64,000 bases of DNA, from assembly GCA_963707915.1 (NCBI GenBank), contig OY970178.1, positions 64,001-128,000 on the forward strand. The letters run 5' to 3'. A program made the translations under genes and the position numbers. The stretch is from Candidatus Eiseniibacteriota bacterium (lineage in GTDB: Bacteria > Eisenbacteria > RBG-16-71-46). The notes beneath the pieces are model-generated. The model made no database searches. It saw nothing but the letters and a program-made list of their open reading frames with translations, and was not told the origin of the DNA. Position 1 is the stretch's first letter. Each line of letters begins with the position of its first letter. Positions 1 through 8,928 of the stretch are shown here, in pieces.

Positions 1-1313
1 GGGCGCCCCGGAGCACGCGCACCCTGCTCGCGGACGCGCTGAGGCTCAAGCTCGGGCTCTCGGTCGCGACGGTCGTCGGCGTCCTCGTCACGGCGTTGGT
101 CTCGGGCTCGCCGCCCGCGACGCTCGCGTTGATCGCCGTGTTCACGGTGGGCATGCTGCTGCGCTCGGCGGCGCTCGCCTTCGACGGCCTGCTGCGCGCG
201 GCGAACCGCAACGGCGCGGTGGGGATCGGGGTCCTGTGCTCGAGCGTGACCGGCCTGGCGACAGCGGTCGCGCTGGTCCTCGGCGGACTGGGAGTGACCG
301 GGGGCGCGATCGCCTACGCGGTCTCCGGGCTGGTCCACCTCGCGGTGGTGGCCTGGCTGGCCCGCGACCTGTGGCGGGGCCGCCCGGACGCCGCCACGGT
401 CCTCCCCGGATGCCCGGCCGAGGGTGCGCCGTCCCCGGTGTCGATCCCGTGGCGGGGCCCGTGGGGACTGCTCCGCGAGTGCGCGCCGCTCGCCCTCTCG
501 TGCGTCTTCATCGCGCTCTACTTCCGCATCGACGCGGTGATGCTGCACGCGCTCAAGGACGACCGCGCCGTGGGGCTCTACGGCGGGATCTACCGGATCT
601 TCGAGGCGTTCGCGATGCTGGCCGTCGCGTTCCGCTCGGTGCTGTTCCCGGTCATGGCGCGGGCCGCGGACGGCCCGCGCGACGCGCTGGCCGTCCTGTG
701 CCGCAAGTCGCTGCGCCTCCACCTGCTCTTCACCGTGCTGGTGGCGGTGTTCTTCACCGTCGAGGCGCGCGCGATCATCACGATCGTCCTCGGGAGACCG
801 TACGAGCCGGCCGCGGCGGGGCTGAGCGTGCTCATCTGGGCGCTGCCCGGCTCCTTCATGGCCGATACGCTGCTGCACCTGCTCATCGCCCAGCGCAAGC
901 AGGCGCTGGGCACCTGGGCCGTGGGCGCCGCGGCGGCGTTCAACGTCGCCCTCAACTTCGCGCTGATCCCGCGCTTCTCCTTCGTCGGTGCCGCGGCCGC
1001 CACGGCCGCGAGCGAGTTGTTGTGCTTCGGGCTGCTGTTCGCGATCTTCCGCAGCGGGGTGCCGGGGATCTCGCTGGTGCGCACGGCGCTGCCCCCGGTC
1101 CTTGCCGGGGCCGCGACCGCCGGTGCGCTGGCGTGGATCGCGCCGCACCTGCCGCCGACGCCGTGGGGGCTCCTGGCCGCCGGATTGGCGACCCTCGCGG
1201 TCTATGTCGCGGCGCTCGCCCCGCTCGGCGGCATCGGTCGAGCGGACCTCGTGGCGGTTCGCGGTCTGCTGCCGATGGTGCGGGCCCGCGCGGCCCGGGA
1301 GGTGGTGTCATGA
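1..1313 (+). CDS. Polysaccharide flippase (Wzx/MOP family), 5'-truncated by the window edge
   Basis: Frame is open from base 3. Many hydrophobic helices and the motif 'LYFRIDAVMLHALKDDRAVGLYG' typical of Wzx/RfbX flippases. Confidence 0.85.
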   Translation, partial: APRSTRTLLADALRLKLGLSVATVVGVLVTALVSGSPPATLALIAVFTVGMLLRSAALAFDGLLRAANRNGAVGIGVLCSSVTGLATAVALVLGGLGVTGGAIAYAVSGLVHLAVVAWLARDLWRGRPDAATVLPGCPAEGAPSPVSIPWRGPWGLLRECAPLALSCVFIALYFRIDAVMLHALKDDRAVGLYGGIYRIFEAFAMLAVAFRSVLFPVMARAADGPRDALAVLCRKSLRLHLLFTVLVAVFFTVEARAIITIVLGRPYEPAAAGLSVLIWALPGSFMADTLLHLLIAQRKQALGTWAVGAAAAFNVALNFALIPRFSFVGAAAATAASELLCFGLLFAIFRSGVPGISLVRTALPPVLAGAATAGALAWIAPHLPPTPWGLLAAGLATLAVYVAALAPLGGIGRADLVAVRGLLPMVRARAAREVVS

Positions 1314-1960
1314 CGGCTTCGGTCCACGGCTCGCGGCTCGCCCGCGTCCGGCAGATGGGCCTGCGCAACTTCGTCCGCGTCTCGCTCGTCCTGGGCCGAC
1401 GGCGCGCCTGGAGCGTCGTCTACACGTTGTGGCTGCGCGCCTGCGGCGTCCGGGTCGGGCGCGGCGTCCGGTTCGCCGGGCGCATCCACGTGATCGGGGA
1501 TCCGCGCCGGATCACGATCGGCGACGGCTGCAGCCTCCATCGCGGGGTCACGCTGTGGACCCACGCCTTCGGCTCCGGGCGCGGTGAGATCGTGCTGGGC
1601 CGCCGGATCACGATGCTCCACAACGTGACGCTGAACTCGTGGGAGCGCATCGAGGTGGGCGACGAGAGCGCCTTCGGGGACGGCTGCTACGTGCAGGACA
1701 ACGACCACGGCATGGAGCCGGGCACGCCGATCATGCGACAGCCCTGCCACGGGGCCCCCATCACGATCGGGAGCGACGTGTGGTTCGGGGCCCGCTGCAT
1801 GGTGCTCAAGGGCGTGAGCGTGGGCGACGGCACGGTCGTGGGTGGAGGCAGCGTCGTGGTGAAGTCGCTGCCCGCGGGTGTCGTCGCCGTCGGAGTGCCC
1901 TGCCGCCCGATCAAGCGGCGCGGGGGCGGGGCGCCGATCGAGGAGGCCGTGGCGGCCTGA
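1310..1960 (+). CDS. Hexapeptide-repeat (LbH) O-acyltransferase
   Basis: ATGA overlap with the flippase stop. Motifs 'ITIGSDVWFGARCMVLKGVSVGDGTVVGGGSVV' and 'GVPCR'. Confidence 0.88.
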   Translation: MTASVHGSRLARVRQMGLRNFVRVSLVLGRRRAWSVVYTLWLRACGVRVGRGVRFAGRIHVIGDPRRITIGDGCSLHRGVTLWTHAFGSGRGEIVLGRRITMLHNVTLNSWERIEVGDESAFGDGCYVQDNDHGMEPGTPIMRQPCHGAPITIGSDVWFGARCMVLKGVSVGDGTVVGGGSVVVKSLPAGVVAVGVPCRPIKRRGGGAPIEEAVAA

Positions 1961-1989
1961 ACGCCGTTCGCGCAGCCGGGAGCCAAGAC

Positions 1990-2958
1990 ATGGATGACCT
2001 TCGTCCCCTGGGCCGCTCGCCGATCCGGGTCTCCGCCGTCGGGCTGGGGTGCTGGCAATTCTCCGAGGGCCGCGGGATCGCCGGCGGCTACTGGCCGGCG
2101 CTGCCGCAGGAACGGGCGGACCGGATCGTCGCGGCCAGCCTCGCCGGCGGCATCAACTGGTTCGACACGGCCGAGATGTACGGCGGCGGCCGCTCGGAGG
2201 CGGCCCTCGCCCGTGCGCTACTGGCGGCGGGACGCGGCAACGGCGAGGTGGTGGTGGCCACGAAGTGGTGGCCGGTGCTCCGCACCGCCGGGAACCTGAA
2301 GGCAACGATCTCCGAGCGCCGCCGGCGGCTGGCGCCCTTCGACATCGACCTGCACCAGGTTCACCAGCCCTACGCCCTCGCCTCGACCGCCGCGCAGATG
2401 CGTGCCATGGCCGACCTGGTCGCCGCGGGCGCCATCCGGACGGTCGGCGTGAGCAACTTCTCCGCGGCGAAGATGCGGGCGGCGCACACCGCGCTCGCGG
2501 CCCGGGGACTGCCGCTGGTGTCGAACCAGGTGCGCTACAACCTGCTCGACCGGCGCATCGAGTCGAACGGCGTGCTCGGCGCCGCGCGGGAACTGGGGGT
2601 GACGATCATCGCCTGGTCGCCGCTCGCACAGGGCCTGCTCACCGGCAAGTTCCATCGCGACCCGGACCTGGTCCGTTCGCGTCCGGGCCCGCGCCGGTGG
2701 CTGGCGGGCTTCCGCCACCGGGGGCTCGAGAAGACCCGGCCGTTGATCGAGGCCCTCGAGGAGATCGCTACCGCCCGCGGCGTCACGCCGGCCCAGGTCG
2801 CGCTCCGCTGGCTGGTCGACTTCCAGGGCGGGACGGTCGTCGCCATCCCGGGCGCGACCAGCGAGGCGCAGGCGCGGGAGAACGCCGGCGTGCTGGGCCT
2901 GCGGCTCGGCGACGCCGAGATGGCGTGGCTGGACGGGCTCTCGCGGGGCTTCCGCTGA
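1990..2958 (+). CDS. Aldo/keto reductase
   Basis: Motifs GLGCWQF, FDTAEMYG, VATK, VGVSNF, NQVRYNLL, AWSPLAQGLLTGK and IPGA. Confidence 0.93.
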   Translation: MDDLRPLGRSPIRVSAVGLGCWQFSEGRGIAGGYWPALPQERADRIVAASLAGGINWFDTAEMYGGGRSEAALARALLAAGRGNGEVVVATKWWPVLRTAGNLKATISERRRRLAPFDIDLHQVHQPYALASTAAQMRAMADLVAAGAIRTVGVSNFSAAKMRAAHTALAARGLPLVSNQVRYNLLDRRIESNGVLGAARELGVTIIAWSPLAQGLLTGKFHRDPDLVRSRPGPRRWLAGFRHRGLEKTRPLIEALEEIATARGVTPAQVALRWLVDFQGGTVVAIPGATSEAQARENAGVLGLRLGDAEMAWLDGLSRGFR

Positions 2959-3062
2959 CCCCGGGCCCGGCCGGGCCGGGAACCGGAAGGTGCTATGCTG
3001 CCCCGGCGGCGCCGCAACCGGGGATCGCATCGCGAGTGAAGCGGGCCAGTCGCGGAGGCGGC

Positions 3063-3746
3063 ATGGGACTGCGGGATGACGTGATCGGCTGGGACGTGGC
3101 GAACTGGTCCCGGGCGCTGGACTACTGGGATTCCCGGCTCGACCTCGACCCCGCGAACCGTCGCGCGCTGGAACTCGGTGCGGGCGGGAACGGCGGCCTG
3201 TCGCTCTGGCTTGCGAATAAGGGCTGGAGCGTCCGCTGCACCGGCTACCAGGGCGTCGAGGAGGCGGCGCGCGCCGCTCACCGCTCCTACGGCGTCGATC
3301 ACCTGATCGAGTACGCGACCGTCGACGCATGCGCGATCCCGTACCGGGAGGAATTCGACCTGGTCTGCTACAAGTCCATGCTCGGCCGGATCGTCCAGGA
3401 CGGCCCGCTGCAGATCGCGAGCGGGGTGGTCGCCCAGATCCTGAAGGCGCTGAAGCCCGGCGGACGGTTGTTGTTCGCCGAGAATCTGGCTTCGTCCCGG
3501 CTCCATCACGCCCTCCGGCAGCGGTGGGGCACCGGGAGAAACCGCTGGAGATACTTCACCATCGAAGAGCTGGACGGGCTCCACGCCGGCTTCTCCAGCT
3601 TCGAGCGGGTCAGCCTCGGGTTCACGGGCTGCCTGGGGCGCACCGAGAGGCAACGGACCCGGCTGGGACGCCTCGATGCCGGGCTCCTCGACCGGATCGT
3701 TCCGGACCGCTGGCACTACATCATGGCGGGCATCGCCACGAAGTAG
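3063..3746 (+). CDS. Class I SAM-dependent methyltransferase
   Basis: GGAGG RBS. Motif I 'LELGAGGNGG', plus 'FDLV' and 'LKPGGRLLF'. Confidence 0.8.
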   Translation: MGLRDDVIGWDVANWSRALDYWDSRLDLDPANRRALELGAGGNGGLSLWLANKGWSVRCTGYQGVEEAARAAHRSYGVDHLIEYATVDACAIPYREEFDLVCYKSMLGRIVQDGPLQIASGVVAQILKALKPGGRLLFAENLASSRLHHALRQRWGTGRNRWRYFTIEELDGLHAGFSSFERVSLGFTGCLGRTERQRTRLGRLDAGLLDRIVPDRWHYIMAGIATK

Positions 3747-3779
3747 GGCCGTGTCCCGCCCGCGCAGCCGTGCGGCGTG

Positions 3780-5318
3780 CTACCAGCGAACGCGGAAACG
3801 CGTCGCGCCGTAGAAGCCGCTCACGTCGTCACCCGCACGGTGTTCGAGCGCGCGTACCCGCGCCGTGCCGGCGGTGAGCCCGAGCGACAGCCCGACGGCA
3901 GGCGACCAGTCCACCGAGGCGGCGACGCGCGTGTCCCGCTCGACCACGCCGGAGAGCGCCATCGATGGCACCGGGCTGCCCGGGAGGTGGAAGTCGCCCA
4001 GCACGGCCTCGCCCCGGCGCGTCAGTTCGCCCTCGAGGGCGAAGGTCCAGTCGACGCCGGGAATCCACGCCAGCCGGGCGTAGAACTGCTCGGCGTCGGG
4101 GCCGAGCGGGTAGCCGGTGGGAAGGCCGTTGAAGGCGAAGTCGTGGCGGTGGTACGACGAGTACGTGAAGCGGTAGACGCGCGAGTACTCGCCGCGTGCG
4201 CTCAGCGCGCCGCCGCCCCGCTGCCAGCGGGAATGGATCCCGGCCTGCCAGGCGATCGAGAGCGGGCGCCTTTCCGAGCTGAAGCTGATGTCGTCCACCG
4301 CGACCTCGCCGTAGAGACGCGTGCCGGGGCGCGCGCGCCAGGTGGCATCCGCGGTCCACATGACGTTGTTCTTGAAGATCCGCTCGAGGGAGTCGGGGGC
4401 CAGTCCGGACGACTTGATCAGCCGCCTCTCGATGAGGCTGAAGGGGATCACCGGCACGAGATAGAGCGGCGCGTTCGCGACACCGTCGAACCGGGCGAGC
4501 TCCGAGAGCGCCAGGTCGAGGCTCTCGAGCGGGCGCATCTCGATCCGGTGCCCGGCGAGGTAGGTCTGCGCCACCGGGTCGAGCGACGCGACGAACCACT
4601 CGAGCTGGAGCGGCCGGAGGGGCCTGACGCGGAACTCGACGAAGTCGTACGCCTGCGAGCCGTCGGAGAGGCCGACGCCGCCCGTCACGCCCGGTCCCCA
4701 GCGCAGCCACGAGTGCCCCAGCGTCACGACCCCGAGCGGACCACGGGCACGGACGTAGGCGCGGTCGAAGTAGGGGTTGACCTGGACGCCCTCGATGAGC
4801 CCGAAGTGCCGGCTGTCGACCGGGTTCCCGTGCGGTCCCGACGATCGCGTCCCGGCGTAGACGTCGGTGAAGAGCAGGACGCCCTGCCCGAGCATCGCCG
4901 AGGCCTGCACGCCGCCGCGGAAGTCGCGGACCACCCGGTGACGGGCGCGGTCCTCCGCGTAGTCCGCCCCGACGTAGGGCGAGACCTCGAGCGACCCCTG
5001 GTCGTCCTGGACGTGGACGAGCGGCTGCCACCCTCCGGCCACCGGGGCGAGCTCGCGTCGCAGCCGGATGACGCACGGATCGTTCGCGGCTCCGGGCGCG
5101 GCCGCGACGATCCGATCGAGGAACGCGGCGAGATTCTCGCGGGTCCACGGGCGCGTGGTGTGGAAGGCTGCGCCGAGCCCGTGGGTGGCCGCCACGTCCT
5201 CGAGGTCGCGGAGGCTGCGTGATTCGACGGGGATCTCCTCGAGTCCGTGGTACGCAGCGCGGGCCGGGAGCGCTCCGCCGAGGAACGCGACCGCGAGGAC
5301 GATCGGGGACAGGCGCAT
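3780..5318 (-). CDS. Capsule assembly Wzi-family outer-membrane protein
   Basis: Signal peptide MRLSPIVLAVAFLGGALPARA. Motifs 'WGPGVTGGVGLSD', 'LAGHRIE', 'LYGEVAVDD' and 'GYPLGPD'. Terminal Trp of a beta-barrel. Confidence 0.78.
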   Translation of the reverse strand: MRLSPIVLAVAFLGGALPARAAYHGLEEIPVESRSLRDLEDVAATHGLGAAFHTTRPWTRENLAAFLDRIVAAAPGAANDPCVIRLRRELAPVAGGWQPLVHVQDDQGSLEVSPYVGADYAEDRARHRVVRDFRGGVQASAMLGQGVLLFTDVYAGTRSSGPHGNPVDSRHFGLIEGVQVNPYFDRAYVRARGPLGVVTLGHSWLRWGPGVTGGVGLSDGSQAYDFVEFRVRPLRPLQLEWFVASLDPVAQTYLAGHRIEMRPLESLDLALSELARFDGVANAPLYLVPVIPFSLIERRLIKSSGLAPDSLERIFKNNVMWTADATWRARPGTRLYGEVAVDDISFSSERRPLSIAWQAGIHSRWQRGGGALSARGEYSRVYRFTYSSYHRHDFAFNGLPTGYPLGPDAEQFYARLAWIPGVDWTFALEGELTRRGEAVLGDFHLPGSPVPSMALSGVVERDTRVAASVDWSPAVGLSLGLTAGTARVRALEHRAGDDVSGFYGATRFRVRW

Positions 5319-5406
5319 GGCGCACACCCTACGCCAACGGTGGGGTCGCAGCCATCGGAAACGGCGCCGGACGTCCCCGCAGGGGCGCTGTCGGGAGAGC
5401 GGCCGG

Positions 5407-6363
5407 CTAGAGCACGACGGCGAAGGAGCCGTACTCCTGGCAGTAGGTACGTTCCCGGTATTCGTGAGTGGTATACGTGAACGTGTAGCGGAAGCCCACG
5501 CTGCGCCAGCGGCCCGCGACCCCGAGTTGCGCCTCGCCCACGAGGGGGACCCGGGTGACGTGCGGGGCGGGATGGAAGGTGTTGCCGTCGAGGAAGAGGT
5601 TGCGCGCGACCGCACGACCCTCGCCGCGGGCGAACACGTACAGGTCGAAGCGGCGGCGCGCGGTGACCGCGGCGGCGTTGTGCCACGGCCCGAAGTCGTC
5701 GGGGAGCGGCAGGCCGATGCGCAGGGTCCCGCCCGCATTGGCTTCCGTGTGCACGTTGCCGAACGTCGCCCCGCCGTGCGGGACGAGGTCGGCGTAGCGC
5801 CGGTAGCCCCAGGGCCGGCGGCGCTCCTGGTAGGAGAGGACGATCCCCGGCTCGCCACGCACCTGGTACTGCCAGCCCCGCGGGGCCCGGATCCCGAGCC
5901 GGCGGTGCCACCAGCGCTGCACGTCCTCGGCGTGCGAGGGTGGCCCCGTGACGCCCAGCTGGAGCTCGAGGCTGCGCATCCGCCGCGCTTCCCTGCTCGT
6001 CACGATGCCGCTGGCGTAGAGCCACCCGGCGTACGGCCGGTCGTCGTAGATCGGCCCCCGGTAGGAGATCCTCTCGGGAGTGTAGATCTCCTGGCCGATC
6101 GACAGGCCGAACTGGCGCTCCGCGTCGCGGGTGCGGAAGCCCGGCAGCCGGCCGGCGAGCCACCGCGCCGGCGCGGGCAACACGCCGGGCGCAAGGAAGA
6201 GGTTGGTGCGCAAACCCTGGGTGTAGTTCCGGTCGGTGGCGGCTGGGCCGGGGACGAATCCGTCGGTGTCGTTGTCCCAGTAGGTCTGCACTTCGGCGGC
6301 GGCGTGGTCCAGCGGCAGACCGATCAGGGCGAGCACGAGCACGATTCCGAAACGACGGTTCAT
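5407..6363 (-). CDS. lpxR: Lipid A 3'-O-deacylase, LpxR family (DUF2219)
   Basis: Signal peptide. Motifs 'DND', 'DRNYTQG', 'GQEIYTP', 'DRPYAGWLY', 'GVTGPPS', 'GWQYQ' and 'RNLFLDGN'. Confidence 0.88.
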   Translation of the reverse strand: MNRRFGIVLVLALIGLPLDHAAAEVQTYWDNDTDGFVPGPAATDRNYTQGLRTNLFLAPGVLPAPARWLAGRLPGFRTRDAERQFGLSIGQEIYTPERISYRGPIYDDRPYAGWLYASGIVTSREARRMRSLELQLGVTGPPSHAEDVQRWWHRRLGIRAPRGWQYQVRGEPGIVLSYQERRRPWGYRRYADLVPHGGATFGNVHTEANAGGTLRIGLPLPDDFGPWHNAAAVTARRRFDLYVFARGEGRAVARNLFLDGNTFHPAPHVTRVPLVGEAQLGVAGRWRSVGFRYTFTYTTHEYRERTYCQEYGSFAVVL

Positions 6364-6864
6364 GGAGTCCTTCTTGGACGAGCCCGGCGGCCGGCGGGTG
6401 CCCCCGATCGTCGTGGTGGGTGGTCTCATGCTGCCTTCCGATACAATTGTGCGGCTTGGGATTGCGGCGATTCAAGAGACTTCACTCGAAGCGTCGGGGC
6501 ACCCACCGGGTGGGTCGGTCGGCACAATGGCCCAGGTTCGCGGAACTGGCGGCGCGGCGCCGGCCTCCCGGCCCGCTCCGGCCCGGCGTTGCTCGCGGGG
6601 GCGAGAAATGACCCTCCGCGGAGCAGCCGCAGACGCGGCGGCGATTCCGCCAGGGTCGGCGCGAGTCGTTCCGGGAAGCGGGGCGGGGATACGGAACCCG
6701 GAACCGGGCGGCACGCACGCCGCGCGGGCGCGCGACGAGGACGCAGTCGCGGCCGGCGGGAACGGGCCTGGGCGCCGCCGCCCGGCCCGTGGCCCCGGCT
6801 CCGACGCGCGCCCGGCTGGAGCGGGATGGCCTCGATGAGGTAGCATCCCCCGGTCGAGACACTC

Positions 6865-6890
6865 CGGCGAGGGCGTCTGAGCCCTCGCCG
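6865..6890 (+). promoter_or_regulatory. Leader hairpin upstream of the S1-domain gene
   Basis: Perfect 10-bp stem CGGCGAGGGC/GCCCTCGCCG, followed by a C/T-rich tract. No Shine-Dalgarno before the ATG at 6937. Confidence 0.4.
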
Positions 6891-6936
6891 CTTCCCTCCT
6901 CAGGAACCATCCTCCAGCCCAGAGCCGAGCCCTCCC

Positions 6937-8442
6937 ATGACTCCCGACACGCCCGAGATCGAGCCCACCCTGCCCTCCGTTCCCGAAGAAGATGCCGCGG
7001 TCTCGGCCGAGTTCGCCCGGGCGCTCGAGGAATTCGAACAGAACAAGCGTTCCGCCGCGGCGGCCGCAGGCGCCGCCGCCGAGATCAAGGTGGGGATGAA
7101 GGTGAAGGGCAAGGTCGTCTCGGTGGGCGACGAGCACACGCTCCTCGACTTCGGCGGCCGCAGCGAGGCCGTGGCCGAGACCCGGCACTTCCGCGCCGAG
7201 GACGGGACCCCGAGCATCAAGCCGGACGACGTGCTCGAACTGTTCGTGGTGGAAGCCGGCGACCAGGTCGTGCTCGCCCCCTCGATCCGTGCCGACGCCC
7301 ACGAGGCGCTGCGGCAGATGCGCGAGGCTCACGCGGCGGGCGTGCCCGTGACCGGGCGCGTCACCGGCGTCAACTCCGGCGGGCTCGAGGTGGACCTGAG
7401 CGGCGAGCGCGCCTTCTGCCCGCTCTCGCACATCGATTCCAGCTTCTGCGCCGATCCTTCGGTGTTCGTCGGGCGCACGCTCGAGTTCCTGGTCACCTCG
7501 GTCGGCGACGCGAGGGGCAGCGTGGTGCTCTCGCGCCGGCAGCTGCTGCGCCGGGGCGAGGAGGAGCAGGCCAGGAAGCTGGTGGCCACGCTCAAGCCCG
7601 GCGACGAGCTGGACGGCACGGTCGCGCGGCTCGAGGCCTTCGGGGCCTTCGTGGACCTCGGCGGCGTGGACGGGCTGGTCCACGTCTCGGAGATCCGGCA
7701 CGAACGCGTCGGGCACCCCAGCCAGGTCCTGCGCCAGGGCGAGAAGGTGCGCGTCCGGGTGCTCCGCCTGGACGTCGGCAAGGACGGCAGGCAGCGCATC
7801 GCGCTCTCCATCAAGGCGACCGCGCCGGATCCCTGGACCGGGATCGAGTCGCGCTACAGCCCCGGGATGCGCGTGATGGGCCTGGTGGCACGGCTCACCG
7901 ACTTCGGTGCGTTCGTCACGCTGGAGCCCGGGATCGACGGCCTGGTGCACGTCTCCGAGGCCGCGCCGCAGCGCCTCGCGCACGTGAAGGAAGTGCTCAC
8001 CGTGGGCCAGACCATCGAGGCGGTGGTCCTGAGCGTGGACCCGGAGAAGAAGCGCGTCTCGCTGTCGGTCAAGCGGGCCGCCGAGGATTGGCAGCCGGCC
8101 GCCTCGGAGCGGACGCAGGAGCAGCCCCGCGAGCGCGGGCCCGGGCGCGGCGGCGAGCGCGGGGCCGGGCGCGGCGGCGAGCGTGGCCCCGGACGTGGTG
8201 GCGAGCGCGGGGCCGGACGCGGCGGCGAGCGTGGCCCCGGACGTGGCGGCGAGCGTGGCGGCGAGCGCGGCGGCGAGCGCGGCGGCGAGCGGGGCGGCGA
8301 GCGGGGTCGCGCCCCGCAGGTGCAGGTGTTCCCCCCGCCGGCTCAGCCCGGCGCCGAGCCGGAGTTGACCGCGATGGCGCTCGCGCTGCGCGCCGCGATG
8401 GAGCGGGCGAAGCAGAAGCAGGAAGGCGGCGGCCGCCCGTAA
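6937..8442 (+). CDS. S1 RNA-binding domain protein (ribosomal protein S1-like, about four S1 domains) with an RGG-rich C-terminal tail
   Basis: Repeated S1 motifs 'FGAFVDLGGVDGLVHVSEI' and 'FGAFVTLEPGIDGLVHVSE', with 'RIALSIK' and 'RVSLSVK'. Confidence 0.88.
   Translation: MTPDTPEIEPTLPSVPEEDAAVSAEFARALEEFEQNKRSAAAAAGAAAEIKVGMKVKGKVVSVGDEHTLLDFGGRSEAVAETRHFRAEDGTPSIKPDDVLELFVVEAGDQVVLAPSIRADAHEALRQMREAHAAGVPVTGRVTGVNSGGLEVDLSGERAFCPLSHIDSSFCADPSVFVGRTLEFLVTSVGDARGSVVLSRRQLLRRGEEEQARKLVATLKPGDELDGTVARLEAFGAFVDLGGVDGLVHVSEIRHERVGHPSQVLRQGEKVRVRVLRLDVGKDGRQRIALSIKATAPDPWTGIESRYSPGMRVMGLVARLTDFGAFVTLEPGIDGLVHVSEAAPQRLAHVKEVLTVGQTIEAVVLSVDPEKKRVSLSVKRAAEDWQPAASERTQEQPRERGPGRGGERGAGRGGERGPGRGGERGAGRGGERGPGRGGERGGERGGERGGERGGERGRAPQVQVFPPPAQPGAEPELTAMALALRAAMERAKQKQEGGGRP
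8131..8310 (+). repeat. Coding tandem repeat: five 24-nt units (ERG[P/A]GRGG) then five 12-nt units (ERGG x4, ERGR)
   Basis: Read directly from the sequence and the translation. Confidence 0.92.
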
Positions 8443-8645
8443 GGGGCCCTGGCCCACCCTTCACCCGCGTCCAGCGCTTCGCGGAGTCGACCTCACGGTC
8501 CGGCGCCTCGGTCCGTGACCGGGCGAGGCCGCAGGCCTGCGTGCGAATCGGCCCCGACTCTGCGATGATGCGCCGTCCACAGGTCCCGTGAGATGACCAG
8601 GGCCGGCGCCCGCGCACGCGGGCGAGCCCGGGAGAGGAGCACCAC

Positions 8646-8867
8646 ATGGCAGGGAACAAGCGACCGTCATTCCTCAAGCGGCAGAAGGAACAGGCCCGCC
8701 TCGCCCGGGCGAACGAGAAGCGCGAAGCGCGGCGGGTGAAGAAGCACTCCCGGGGCATGGTGATCGAGGAGCTCGAGTCTCCCGATTCGTTCGATGCGTC
8801 CGAGTCGCCCGACTCGCCCGACTCGCCCGAGGAGCCGACGGAAGAGAACGAGGAGACCGCGCGCTGA
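8646..8867 (+). CDS. Small hypothetical protein with a basic N-terminal half and an acidic tail
   Basis: GAGGAG RBS. Sequence MAGNKRPSFLKRQKEQARLARANEKREARR, then an E/D/S/P-rich tail. Codon usage resembles neighbouring genes. Confidence 0.75.
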   Translation: MAGNKRPSFLKRQKEQARLARANEKREARRVKKHSRGMVIEELESPDSFDASESPDSPDSPEEPTEENEETAR

Positions 8868-8928
8868 GCGCGACCGGGGGCCTCGCCGTCGTGCGCCCCG
8901 GAGCCACATCCCCAAGGAGGCCGCACCC

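Noticed and set aside
6364..6860. Long intergenic region and ORF 6362..6838 as a possible gene or ncRNA
   Set aside because: Low-complexity translation, no RBS and no recognisable RNA family motif. An ncRNA cannot be excluded without a covariance search.
8131..8310. Tandem repeat considered as a possible CRISPR array
   Set aside because: There are no unique spacers, the units are in-frame codon repeats with synonymous variation, and no cas genes are present.
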